NCBI GenBank assembly: GCA_009914755.4 | Contig: CP068257.2 | Span: forward strand, 6,880,001 to 6,944,000 | Reading direction: 5' to 3' | Source: the human T2T-CHM13v2.0 reference genome, Homo sapiens | Length of the DNA: 64,000 nt | In this document: piece by piece, positions 29,487 to 47,063 of the stretch | How positions within the stretch are numbered: position 1 is the stretch's first letter | Layout: every line of letters begins with the position of its first letter | Notes under the pieces: generated by a model | Told to the model about the DNA's origin: nothing | Database searches by the model: none | Seen by the model: the letters and a program-made list of their open reading frames with translations, nothing else | Program-made: the position numbers and the translations under genes

Positions 29487-29772
29487 TTGGAGATGGAGTC
29501 TCGCTCTGTCTCCCAGGCTGGAGTGCAGTGGCACAATCTCGGCTCACTGCAACCTCTGCTTCCCAGGTTCAGGTGATTCTTATGCCTTAACCTCCTGAGT
29601 AGCTGTGACTACAGGCACCCACCACCATGCCTGGCTAATTTTGGTATTTTTAGTAGAGACAGGTTTTCACCGTGTTGGTCAGCCTCATCTCGAACTCCTG
29701 ACCCCAGGTGATATGCCCACCTTGGCCTCCCAAAGTGTTGGGATGACAGGTGTGAGCCACTGTGCTCGGCCA
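29487..29772 (-). mobile_element. Alu SINE (antisense)
   Basis: ggagatggagtctcgctctgtctcccaggctggagtgcagtggcacaatctcggctcactgcaacc ... gtgtgagccactgtgctcggcc. Confidence 0.9.
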
Positions 29773-29977
29773 ACCCTTGAATTTAGGCTCAGAAGTTGCC
29801 ATTTCCTCTGTTTTGCAACTTATTCTCTGAATACTCACTGAAAAATCACCCACCTTCTAGAAAGTTCTGATGTCTCTTCTGTAAAATGCCTGCCTCTCAT
29901 TGTCTGAGGATCAAGCTGCATTTTAAAACAAAAGCGCTATGTAAAAATTGCATATTTCTCTCCATAAAATAAAGGTA

Positions 29978-30345
<368 letters not shown>

Positions 30346-30358
30346 ATTTTTTTTTTTA

Positions 30359-32420
<2,062 letters not shown>

Positions 32421-32430
32421 TATTTATTCA

Positions 32431-33527
<1,097 letters not shown>

Positions 33528-33548
33528 TGAGGGGGATTCTGTTATTTA

Positions 33549-34210
<662 letters not shown>

Positions 34211-34544
34211 TTAAAGTAAAGGTGGTGTCTTATCCTCAGCTGTCTCTGTGCACAGGGCCAGAGGAAGGAGTCTTGAGTTTCTTGGAAACAGTACCTGGCT
34301 GTAGTGCGACTTAATCTCTGTCTCTTGAGCTGAACAGCCAGGTGAATTTGCCCCAAGTCACATTGGAAAAAGTTGGGCCTCTCTGCTCAGCAAACTGGGA
34401 GAGAAAAATTACAACCAGATTGGGTGTGCCCATTACTCCGATGGCAAACACTGAAAAAAATTCCTTAGGTTATCTATTTATCTCGTTATTGATGTATTGG
34501 TGTGAATTATATCACTGAAGTACTTTGAAATATGTAGCTTTGTC

Positions 34545-34837
34545 ATGGAATACGCTATAAGGAAGAAAGAAATCATGTCCTTTGTGGCAATCTGGATGCA
34601 GCTGGGGAATATTATCCTAAGATCATTATCACAGGAACACAGAAACAAATCCTGCATGTTCTCAACTTATAAGTGGGAGCTAAGTGTTGGATATATGCGG
34701 ATATAAACATGGGAACAACAGAAACTGGGGGACTAGCAGAAGAGAGGGAGGGAGGGAGGAAGGGAGGGAGGCTAGGGTTGAAAACCTCAAATAGCCACGA
34801 AACCTTATTGAGCAAATGCAAAGTGTCTGGCGTGTTT
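34545..34837 (+). mobile_element. L1 3' fragment (ORF2 end), sense, interrupted by an Alu
   Basis: aatcatgtcctttgtggcaatctggatgcagctggggaatattatcctaag...cagaaacaaatcctgcatgttctcaacttataagtgggagctaagtgttgg matches the L1 ORF2 C-terminal region. Confidence 0.65.
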
Positions 34838-35244
<407 letters not shown>

Positions 35245-35297
35245 TCACTTGTACCCCAAACCCGAACATCACACAATATTCCCATGTAACAAACCTC

Positions 35298-36199
<902 letters not shown>

Positions 36200-36712
36200 T
36201 TAAACAACAACAACGCTTAAGTGTTAAACAACAACAACAAAAAAGGAAACCATTAGAGGATTCTGTCAGTGATTCATGGAGACTGGCTTGGCGAATGCCG
36301 TTGAAAAGAAGGGCCGTCATCCCAGACTCCGGGTGATAGACAGGTGAACGCCTAAGAAGAAAGCATTTATTTTCCATGTTTAAATCGTTATTAAACAAGA
36401 CACATACTGCAAAACATTTCTTGGAAGGGAGCAACGTGAACCAGCCATGGGCTGCCTGAAGAGCCCCAGATGTAAACCATTACATTATCTGAGGATTAAA
36501 GTGTGTTCACATTTCCAGTTTTGCCCATCAGGAAGGCATGTGATTTGAAAGTGTAATTGGCCGATGTCATTTTTGGGGAAACGCACAGCGTGCTGTGGAC
36601 GTATTAACTTACTGTAAAGAATGTATGGGGCGTGTGGCCTCCTTGCAGGATTCTGGGACATGGGGTGAAGTCCCCACTATCAATGGGCACCCACAGGTGT
36701 GTGGATACCCCA

Positions 36713-37928
36713 CCCAGCAGAGGCTCCAGCATGATTTACCCACCAGAGGCTCCAGCATGATTTACCCACCAGAGGCTCCAGCATGATTTACCCACCAGAG
36801 GCTCTAGCATGATTTACCCAACAGAAGCTTCAGCATGATTTACCCACCAGAGGTTCCAACATAATTTACCCACCAGAAGCTCCAGCATGATTTACCCACC
36901 AGAGGTTCCAGCATGATTTACCCACCAGAAGCTTCAGCATGATCCACCCACCAGAGGCTCCAACATGGTCCACCCACCAGAAGCTCCAGCATAATTTACC
37001 CACCAGAAGCTCCACCATGGTCCACCCACCAGAAGCTCCAGCATGGTCCACCCATCAGAAGGTCCAGCATAATTTACCTCCAAGAAGCTCCCACCATGGT
37101 CTACTCACCAGAAGCTCCACCATGGTCCACCCACCAGAAGCTCCAGCATGGTCCATCCACCAGAAGCTCCAGCATGATCCACCCACCAGAAGCTCCAGCA
37201 TGGTCCACTCACCAGAAGCTCCAGCATGGTCCACCCACCAGAAGTTCCAGCATGATTTACCCATGAGAAACTCCAGCATGGTCCACCCACCAGAAGCTCC
37301 AGCATGATTTACCCACGAGAAGCTCCGGCATAATTTATCCACCAGAAGCTCCACCATGGTCTACTCACCAGAAGCTCCAGCATGATTTACCCACCAGAAG
37401 CTCCAGCATGCTCCACCCACCAGAAGCTCCACCATGGTCTATCCACCAGAAGCTCCACTATGGTCCACCTACCAGAAACTCCAGTATACTTCACTCACCA
37501 GAAGCTCAGCATGGTCCATCCACCAGAAGCTCCACCATGATCTACCCACCAGAAGCTCCACCATGGCCTACCTACCAGAAGCTCCAGTATGGTTCACCAA
37601 CCAGAAGCCCCAGCATGGTCCACCCACCAGAAGCTCCAGCATGGTCCACCTACCAGAAGCTCCAGCATGATTTACCCATGAGAAGCTCCAGCATAATTTA
37701 TCCACCAGAAGCTCCACCATGGTCTACTCACCAGAAGCTCCAGCATTATTTACCCACCAGAAGCTCCACCATGGGCCACCCACCAGAAGATTCAGCATCG
37801 TCCACCCACCAGAAGCTCCAGCATCGCCCACCCACCAGAAGCTCTAGCATTGTCCACCCACCAGAAGCTCCAGCATCGCCCACCCACCAGAAGCTCCAGT
37901 ATGGTCCACCCACCAGAAGCTCCAGCTT
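36713..37928. repeat. Minisatellite, 26-bp unit x ~47
   Basis: Unit CCAGARGCTCCAGCATGRTYYACCCA, in two variants ending ...gatttaccca or ...ggtccaccca. The plus-strand 122/175-aa and minus-strand ~100-aa ORFs are artefacts of this repeat. Confidence 0.95.
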
Positions 37929-37967
37929 CTTCTAAAAAGCTGATGCTGTTTGCTGTATTTGCTTTCT

Positions 37968-38313
37968 TTTTCTGGGAGGTGGAGGTTGCAGTGAGCCAAG
38001 ATTGCACCACTGTACTCTGGCCTGAGCAACAAAGGCAGAGACTCCATCTCAAACAAACATACAAACACAACAAAAACAAACAAACAAACAAACAAACAAA
38101 AACACTTTTATTTTAGGTCCAGGGGTACATGTGTGGGTTTGTTATATAGGTAAACTCATGTCATAGGGGTTTGTTGTACAGATTATTTTGTCACCCAGGT
38201 ACAAACTTTGTACACAATAAGTTATTTTTTTCTGATCCATTCCCTCCTCCCAACCTGCACCCTTAAAGAAAATGTGCCACATATGCATGGAATACTATAC
38301 AGCCATAAAAAAG
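37968..38313. repeat. Composite block: Alu right-arm fragment, (CAAA)n, L1 3'-tip (antisense) and L1 ORF2-end (sense); copy A of a local duplication
   Basis: gggaggtggaggttgcagtgagccaagattgcaccactgtactctgg...(caaa)n...cacttttattttaggtccaggggtacatgtgtgggtttgttatataggtaaactcatgtcataggggtttgttgtacagattattttgtcacccag...aaagaaaatgtgccacatatgcatggaatactatacagccataaaaaag. Confidence 0.7.
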
Positions 38314-38427
38314 TATCAGCTCATATCCTTTGCAGGAACACAGCTGGAGCTATGGTATGCTTAGCAAACCAATGCAGGAACAGAAAACTAAATACCACAC
38401 GTTTTCATTTAAAAGTGGGAGCCAGCC

Positions 38428-38428
<1 letters not shown>
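38265..38428 (+). mobile_element. L1 ORF2 3' region (sense), interrupted by two Alus and resuming at 39060-39110
   Basis: ...atggaatactatacagccataaaaaagtatcagctcatatcctttgcagg...aaataccacacgttttcatttaaaagtgggagc | Alu, Alu | aaaataaaagtgagagctaaatgatgagaacctatggacaagagacac. Confidence 0.65.
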
Positions 38429-39056
<628 letters not shown>

Positions 39057-39310
39057 TTAAAAATAAAAGTGAGAGCTAAATGATGAGAACCTATGGACAA
39101 GAGACACTGATTTTTTTTCCTGGTGTTACCCACATCACGAAGAATATTGTTTTTTCACCCCACTGATGCTTGGAACCACCTGTCAACCAGTTTTCTTATA
39201 TTGTTTTATTTAAATAGAAGGAAGAAGGGAAGACCCTGACCTTCCAGGGTACCTGGGGAGGTAAGAAGTAATCTATGTAACAGGAATGGGGAAAGAGAGC
39301 AGGTAGGTAG

Positions 39311-39696
<386 letters not shown>

Positions 39697-39702
39697 GGAT
39701 GA

Positions 39703-39850
39703 CAACCATGCCTGGCTAATTTTTGTATTTTTAGTAGAGACAGGGTTTCACCATGTTGGCCAGGCTGGTCTCGATCTCCTGACCTCGTGATCCACCAGCC
39801 TTGGCCTCCCAAAGTGCTGGGATTACAGTTATGAGCCACTGCGCCTGGCC
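39703..39850 (-). mobile_element. Alu fragment (antisense, half element)
   Basis: catgcctggctaatttttgtatttttagtagagacagggtttcaccatgttggccaggctggtctcgatctcctgacctcgtgatccaccagccttggcctcccaaagtgctgggattacagttatgagccactgcgcctggcc. Confidence 0.85.
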
Positions 39851-39934
39851 AGTTGACTGCTTTTGTAATCAAGAAACCTTGTGATATATAAATAGCCACT
39901 TTCCAAAAAAAAAAAAAAAAAAAAAAATCACCAG

Positions 39935-40507
39935 AATACCTCCAGTATTGACAAGCTGTGGGGTGTTGAGAGAATTCGAGATTGTCTTAGCAGCCTGGGA
40001 CCTTTCAGTAGTCCTGAACAGAACAGTGGACGATGATCTCATTGTTGAATCAGGAGGATGTGCTCCTATTCACAACAGCAAAGACTTGGAACCAACCCAA
40101 ATGCCCATCAGTGATAAACTGAATAAAGAAAATGTGGCACATAGACACCATGGAATACTATGCAGCCATAAAAATGGATGCATTCATGTCCTTTGCTGGG
40201 ACATGCATGAAGCTGGAAGCCATCATTCTCAGCAAACTAACACAGGAACAGAAAACCAAGCACCGCATGTTCTCACTCATAAGAGGGAGTTGAACAATGA
40301 GAACACATGGACACAGAGAGGGGAACATAACACACTAGGGCCTGTCTGGGGGTTGGGGGAAAGTGGAGGGACAGCATTAGGACAAATACATAATGCAGGC
40401 AGGGCTTAAAACCTAGATGATGGGTTGATAGGTGCAGCAAACCACCATAGTGCATGTATACCTATGTAACAAACCTGCACGTTCTGCAAATATATACCAT
40501 AACTTGA
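39935..40507 (+). mobile_element. L1 3' end (ORF2 C-terminus plus 3' UTR), sense
   Basis: ...gaaaatgtggcacatagacaccatggaatactatgcagccataaaaatggatgcattcatgtcctttgctgggacatgcatgaagctggaagccatcattctcagcaaactaacacaggaacagaaaaccaagcaccgcatgttctcactcataagagggagttgaacaatgag...gggttgataggtgcagcaaaccaccatagtgcatgtatacctatgtaacaaacctgcacgttctgc. Confidence 0.85.
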
Positions 40508-40610
40508 AGTGAAGAAGGAGAAGGAGGAGAAGAAGAAGAAGAAGAAGAAGAAGAAGAAGAAGAAGAAGAAGGGGAAGAAGAAGAAGAAGAAGAAGAAGAA
40601 GAAGAAGAAG

Positions 40611-40642
<32 letters not shown>

Positions 40643-40862
40643 GAAGAAGAGGAGGAGGAGGAGGAGGAGAAGGAGGGGGAGGAGAAGGAGGAGGAAGGGG
40701 TAGGGGAAGGGGAAAAAGAAGAAGGAGAAGGAGAGGAGGAAGAAGAGGAAGAGGGAGAAGAGGGAGAAGAAGGAGAAGGAGAGGAGGAAGAGGAAGAAGA
40801 AGAAGGAGAAGGAGAAAAGAAGGAGGAGGAGGAGCGGGAGGAGCAGGGGGAGAAGAAGAAGT
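40508..40862. repeat. GAA/GAG/GGA purine-rich triplet tract (~355 bp), including pure (GAA) runs of about 13 and 20 units; positioned as the tail of the L1
   Basis: gaagaagaagaagaagaagaagaagaagaagaagaaggggaagaagaag... then gaggaggaggag. The 150-aa poly-Ser minus-strand ORF is its artefact. Confidence 0.95.
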
Positions 40863-41232
40863 AGGGTGTGTTCACATGGAAATTTGCTTCTAGCACCCAG
40901 TGGTTAAAAGGCACTCAAAACTTGTAATCACAGAGAGGGTGGTGATGACGGTTTTTAAACATGCCATTCATTTGGAAGAAAACACTTGTGTCTTTACTTG
41001 TCTAGATGTAATGCCAAGTACCCACACTTCCTGTACAGACAGAACTTCATTTACTATTTATTCAATTTCCTCAAAGAGCAGGATGAAATAATTCCCTTTT
41101 CTATTTGGGGGGAAATGGGTTATTATTTACGCGGGTTTTGTTAAGAGAATTGTAAATGATTTCTTCCCTATCATCTGTCCAAACAGCTCAATGGGGAACT
41201 TTATTAGAACCAAAGCATGTATTAAAAAGTCT

Positions 41233-41535
41233 CGGCCAGGCACGGTGGCTCACATCTGTAATCCTAGCACTCTGGGAGGCCGAGGTGGGGGGATTACCTG
41301 AGGTCAGGAGGTCAAGACCAGCCTGGCCAAGAAGGTGAAACCTGTGTCTACTAAAAATACAAAAATTAGCCGGACAAGGTGGAGGGTTCCTGTAATCTCA
41401 TCTGCTCGGGAGGCTGAGGCAGAGAATTGCTTGAACCCGGGAGGTGGAGGTTGTGGTGAGCCAAGATCGCGCCACTGCACTACAGCCAGGGTGACAGAGT
41501 GAGACTCTGTCTAAAAAATAAAAATAAAAATAAAG
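41233..41535 (+). mobile_element. Alu SINE
   Basis: ggccaggcacggtggctcacatctgtaatcctagcactctgggaggccgaggtgggggg ... gagactctgtctaaaaaataaaaataaaaataaag. Confidence 0.9.
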
Positions 41536-41654
41536 AGTCTCTAAAATCTTCATTGAAAACTCATTTCGTCTCAAGACATCATTTATTTTGCAAATGTATT
41601 CTTCATGGGTGGCATGTGAATTTGTAATGTGATATAGAAATTTTGGAATTTACT

Positions 41655-41775
41655 TTTTTGTTGTTTTTTGGTTGTTATCTTTCTTTTTTTTAAATTTTAT
41701 TATTATTATACTTTAAGTTTTAGGGTACCTGTGCACAACATGCAGGTTGGTTACATATGTATACAAGAATTTACT
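41655..41775 (-). mobile_element. L1 3'-terminus fragment (antisense)
   Basis: tttaaattttattattattatactttaagttttagggtacctgtgcacaacatgcaggttggttacatatgtatacaag is the reverse complement of the L1 3' end. Confidence 0.85.
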
Positions 41776-42124
41776 TTTAAAAAGTTTTAAATAAGAAGGA
41801 AATACTTTCTAGGTAAATTTAATTGTATATAGAAGACCTAATGGGTGAGAATCTGTCTTGAAAGCTGGAGACACGTCAATAAATAAGAATACACAATTAG
41901 AATAAGAAAGAGTAACAAACACTCTGCCCTCTAAAGCTTCCATTCTGCTTGGAGAAACCAAGAAAAACCCGAGAATCTTGGCCAAATACAATCTAGGATA
42001 ATGCAGTCAGGGAGCTGTCTGGTGAGTGTTGGAGGCCCCATAGGAACGCTGAGGAAGAAGAAGTTGAGGAAGAAGAAGACGCTTGTCACTAGGAGAATTC
42101 TAAGAATAAAAAAGGATGAAGACA

Positions 42125-43360
42125 AAGTGATTTCACCAAAGATGTCCAAGTTGTAATTATCTCGTGGTAGACAGAATAATGGCCCCAAAGATATCCATGT
42201 CCTAATCCCCATGTGGTAGACAGAATAATGGCCCTAAAGATGTTACCAATATCCTATTCCCCATGTGGTAGACAGAATAATGGCCCTAAAGATGTTACCA
42301 ATATCCTATTCCCCATGTGGTAGACAGAATAATGGCCCTAAAGATGTTACCAATATCCTATTCCCCATGTGGTAGACAGAATAATGGCCCCAAAGATATC
42401 CATGTCCTAATCCCCATGTGGTAGACAGAATAATGGCCCTAAAGATGTTACCAATATCCTATTCCCCATGTGGTAGACAGAATAATGTCCCCAGAGATGT
42501 CCATGTCCTAATCCCCATGTGGTAGACAGAATAATGGCCCCAAAGATGTCCACATCCTAATCCCCATGTGGGAGACAGAATAATGATCCTAAAGATGTGA
42601 CCAACATCCTATTTCCCACGTGGTAGACAGAATAATGGTCCCAGAGATGTCCATGTCCTAATCCCCATGTGGTAGACAGAATAGTGGTCCCAAAGATGTC
42701 CACATCCTAATCCCGTGTGATAGACAGAACAATGGCCCCAAAGATGTCCATGTCCTAATCCCATGTGGTGAAAACAATAATGTTCCCAAAGATCTTCACA
42801 TCCTAAATCCCATGTGGGAGACAGAATAATGGCCCCAAAGATGTCCACATCCTAATCTCCACTTGGTAGACAGAATAATGGCCTCAAATATGTCCATGTC
42901 CTAATCCCATGTGGCAGACAGAATAATGGCCCTAAAGATGTCCACGTCCTAATCCCCATGTGATAGACAGAATAATGGCCCCAAAGATGTACACATCCTA
43001 ATCCCCATGTGGCAGACAGAATAATGGCCCCAAAGATGTCCACGTCCTAATCCCCATGTGATAGACAGAATAAGGGCCCCAAAGATGTACACATCCTAAT
43101 CCCCACGTGGCAGACAGAATAATGGCCCCAAAGATGTCCACGTCCTAATCCCAATGTGGGAGACAGAATAATGGTCCCAAAGATACCCATGTCCTAATCC
43201 TCATGTGATACAGAGAATAATGGTCCCAAAGATGTCCATGTCCTAATACTAGGTAGCAGACAGAATAATGGCCCCAAGGATGTCTACCTCCTAATCCCCA
43301 TGTGGTTGACAGAGTAAGCACCCCCTTCCCCCCCTCAAAAAAAATCCACATCCTAATTCC
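42125..43360. repeat. Minisatellite, 52-bp unit x ~23
   Basis: Unit ccccatgtggtagacagaataatggccctaaagatgttaccaatatcctatt, with variants ...ccaaagatgtccatgtcctaat.... The 79/63/68-aa minus-strand ORFs are artefacts of this repeat. Confidence 0.95.
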
Positions 43361-43892
43361 AGAAATCTGTAAAAATCTGTCATGGCTAAAAATATTTTGC
43401 AGATGTGATTAGTTTAAGAATCATGAAATGAAATGACCCTGGATTATCCAGCTGGGTCTAAGATCATCACAGGATCTTTGTAAGAGGGAGCCAGGAGTGC
43501 CAGAGCCAGAGGAGGTGATGTTAGGACAAAAGCAAAGGTCAGAGTCACAGAGAAATTAGAAGATGCTGCACTACTGGCTTTGAAGGTCAAGGAAGGGTCC
43601 AGGAGCCAAGGAATACTCTAGAAACATTCCCTTAGAAGCAGGAAATGGCAAGGAAACTGATTCTCCCCCAGAACTTGCATCAAGAGGGAAGTTTAACTGA
43701 CACCTTGGTTTTAGGCCAGTGAGACCCAGGGTGGGCTTCAAAACTACAACACTGTAAGATAATACATTTGTGTTGCTTTAATCCAATACGAATGTGATCA
43801 TAGGTGATGGCGGCCAGAGGACACTCACAGAAGGAGTAATGTACTGGCGGTCTGCAGCAGGAATGAATTTGGCATGACTGGGGGGACGCCCA

Positions 43893-44045
43893 AGGGGGCA
43901 GCAAAGAAGAACAAGCAAAGGCTAAATGTGACGACTCGTTTTAGAAGAACCCCCTTCAGAAGAAGAATCAATAAAGCAAAGGCTGAAATCAACTTTGTCT
44001 TCTTTTCTTCCCCAGACATAATTTACGTTATTTTATTGGGACCAC
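43893..44045. repeat. ~150-bp segment with a paralog 1.25 kb downstream (~85-88% identity); low-copy repeat of unknown family
   Basis: aagaacaagcaaaggctaaatgtgac...gttttagaagaa...cagaagaagaatcaataaagcaaaggctgaaatcaactttgtcttcttttcttccccagacataatttacgttattttattggga. Confidence 0.5.
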
Positions 44046-45149
44046 AGAGTCCCAGTTGGAGCAAGTGACCAGGGACAGAGTTACAAAGAAGCCATAGGGA
44101 AGTAGTCAGATTGTATTCTGACTTCGATGTGAAATTATTGGCTGGTTTTGAGTGGCATGAGGGATGTCTTAGTCAGCTCGGGTTGCCATAACAAAAATTA
44201 TAGACTGGGTGGCTTAAGTAACAGCCATTGATTTCTCACAGTTCTGGAGATGGGGAAGTTTGAGATCAAGGTATGGCAGATTTATTGTCTGGAGTGGGTC
44301 CTCTTGCTGGTTCACAGATGGTGCCTTCAGAGAGAGAAAGAGAGAGAGAGAGAGCTCTTTTGTGTTTCTCGCTCTTCTTATAAGGATACTAATCACGTCA
44401 TGAAGGACCCATCCTCATGACCTCATCTAAACCTCATCACCTCCAGAGACTTCACCTCCTAATATCATCCCACTGGGGACTAGGGTTTCAATATGGTGCA
44501 TTTTGGAGGGACATGACTAGTAGTGGTTAGGCCTTCAACATACAAATTTTGGGAAACTTTGCTATTTAGTCATTAGCAAGGGATGAGGGCCACAGGCTAA
44601 AAATCATCTCTATTTTTAAAAGATTTCTCTGCTTAAGAATAATACCAGGATCAAAGCAGAAACCAGGACAGAAGCCAAGAGATCAATCAGGAGGATGTGG
44701 CTATGATCCAGATGACATATGTCATGCATGAGGGTGAAGAAAGCAAAGGCAGGAAAATCTGATCCAATTTGACAAATGTTTGAGGTCATTCAAGAGACTT
44801 GCCAATGAATTGTATAAAGGGGAGATGAGAGAAAGAAGAGTTCAGTTTCCAAAGTCTTCTGCCAAAACACTTCTCAGGGGTGGTGGTGAATCCAGTGAAG
44901 GCTTTCCAGATGGTTTGGGATGGGTTAACTTGGAAGCCCTAATCATTTATCTGAGCTGAGAAGTTGAGGATACAGTTACATGCATGAATCCGAAGTAGAG
45001 AAAAGATGTCAAAGCCAGAGATGGGAATTTAGGATTTTGAGTGGATGTGTCAAGTCCTGGGGCTGAGTGAGATCCCCTGGAGAGAGAAGGAAGCTTATGT
45101 TTGAGCCCTAGTTCAGCCCAGCATTTAGAAGAACACCTTTGGGAAGAGG

Positions 45150-45300
45150 AGAAGAACAAGCAAAGGCTAAATGTGACTCCCTGTTTTAGAAGAATCTCCT
45201 TTAGAAGAAGAATCAATAAAGCAAAGGCTGAACTCAACTTTGTCCTCTTTTCTCCCCCAGACATAATTTATGTTCTTTTATTGGGAGTTTGTTTCCCACT
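45150..45300. repeat. Paralog of 43893-44045
   Basis: aagaacaagcaaaggctaaatgtgac...ctgttttagaagaatctcctttagaagaagaatcaataaagcaaaggctgaactcaactttgtcctcttttctcccccagacataatttatgttcttttattggga. Confidence 0.5.
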
Positions 45301-45439
45301 CAACCTTTCAGGTAAGAGCTCTGAAGTCACGTTTGATTTTTCCCTCAACATCAAAGAGACACAACAGTTTGCTTCTGTGGTGACTGTTTTTTTGTTTGTT
45401 TTTGTATTTTTGTTTTTTGTTTTTGTGTGTTTGTGTTAT

Positions 45440-45738
45440 TTTAATTGTTTGAGACAATGTCTCACTCTGTCACCTGGGCTGGAGTGCAGTGGCACAATCT
45501 CAGCTCACTGCAACCTCCACCTCCTGGGCTTAAGTGATCCTCCCACCTCAGCTCCCCTAGTAGCTAGGACTACAGGCACACACCACCACTCCTGGCTATT
45601 TTTTCTATTTTTAATAGAGATGGGGGTCTCATCATGTTGCCCAGGCTGGTCTTGAACTCCAGAGCTCAAGTGATCTGCCTGTCTTGACCTCTCAAAGTGC
45701 TGGGATTACAGGTGTGAGCCATGGTGCCCAGCCTCACT
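45440..45738 (-). mobile_element. Alu SINE (antisense)
   Basis: gtttgagacaatgtctcactctgtcacctgggctggagtgcagtggcacaatctcagctcactgcaacc ... ggtgtgagccatggtgcccagcc. Confidence 0.9.
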
Positions 45739-46894
45739 GGTGACTTTGAATGCCTTCTCACTTCTTCCTTCCCACTCCATGCTCCAGGTTCAAAGACTCC
45801 ATTACCACCATCCATCCCATGCCAGAGTCTCCAGGCTTCCATCTTCAGTGCCATCCCTTCTCATCCATCTATGCATGGGTTCCAAGGTAATAGGTCCAAA
45901 CACATTTAGACCTATTTAATATGTATTAGCATAAATGTTGACATGACTGGTCACAAAATGTTGGTGGTTTCTCATCAACTGCAGAGAATAGTTCAGGATC
46001 CTTACCTAAGTGTCTGATATCTTTCATAAATTCACACATGGAAAGATGTGGCCTCTCTGTCTGTACTTCATCACATCACACCCAGCACCTCAATCTCTGA
46101 CTCCATCGTCAATTTCCTAGTTCCCTGACTTTCCCTGCCCAGCCCTGAGTCATTGTAACATCTGATTCATCTTTTAAAGTTTAACAACAACAACAACAAA
46201 ATCATCTGCTCTGAGAAGCCAGCCTTTCTCAGGTGCAGAGATTATCCCAGAGATAGACATACGGTTCAAGACAGGCTAGTTAACCTTCCCCTGAATTTGA
46301 TCAGCAAAGACTGAGGCGGTGGAGGGAGAAGCTCAGACTGTGAATCTATAGCTGCAGCAGCTGGAATTTTTTTTCCATCCTATATTCCAAGACTTTTTCT
46401 AAGAGAATCTAGACCGGAACCCAGAGAGAAGCAGAGAGTTGAGAGAGTCATCAGAACTTGGGAGATCCCTGAGAAGCTGTCCACCTCTACTTTTTGAGAC
46501 TGTTTTTCCTAGACTCCCTTGCAGCTCTGTGTGACTGTATGATGAATTTTGAGCTCATGAGAAGTAAGTAGGAATGTATTAAGACCATAAAAATCTCTTT
46601 AATTTCGTAAAAAAGTGAATGTGAACTCTTCCCTCTCCTTTTGCTGCTAGCTGCAATGGAGATGTGAGGGCTGGAAACCATGCCACCATATTGAACCATG
46701 AGTAGAAAGTCACGTACTAAAATAGTGGAGCAACAACATTCAAAATGCCTGACATCTTGAATCTGTACAATAACCTGGACCCCTTGTTCTGGTCTCCTAT
46801 CATATCAGAGAGAAACAAACTTCCATCTTATTTAAGTCATGATTATTTGCTTATTTCCATACATTTGTTTATGCAGTTATACGATATTTATTCC

Positions 46895-47006
46895 ATCTAT
46901 CTATTATCTATCATCTATCCTATCTATCTAACCTTCATCTATCCCTCTCTCTATCATCTATCATCCATCTTATTCTATGTGACTATCTATCTATCATCCA
47001 TCTTAT

Positions 47007-47063
<57 letters not shown>

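Noticed and set aside
36866-38116. 122-aa and 175-aa plus-strand and ~100-aa minus-strand proline/glutamine-rich or leucine/valine-rich ORFs.
   Set aside because: They are translations of the 26-bp minisatellite. The unit does not repeat in frame because 26 is not a multiple of 3. The periodic amino-acid patterns simply mirror the DNA repeat.
40462-40914. A 150-aa minus-strand poly-Ser/Pro ORF.
   Set aside because: It is the reverse-complement translation of the GAA/GAG tract.
42609-43351. Three tandem minus-strand ORFs (79, 63 and 68 aa) with similar sequences (MDIFGAIILS.TW.LGC...). They could mimic a small multigene cluster.
   Set aside because: They are successive reading windows through the 52-bp minisatellite. 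Their similarity comes from the repeat, not from paralogy.
45101-45655. A 184-aa plus-strand ORF.
   Set aside because: It spans the low-copy 150-bp repeat, a (GTTTTT)n-like simple repeat and an antisense Alu. It is a composite artefact.
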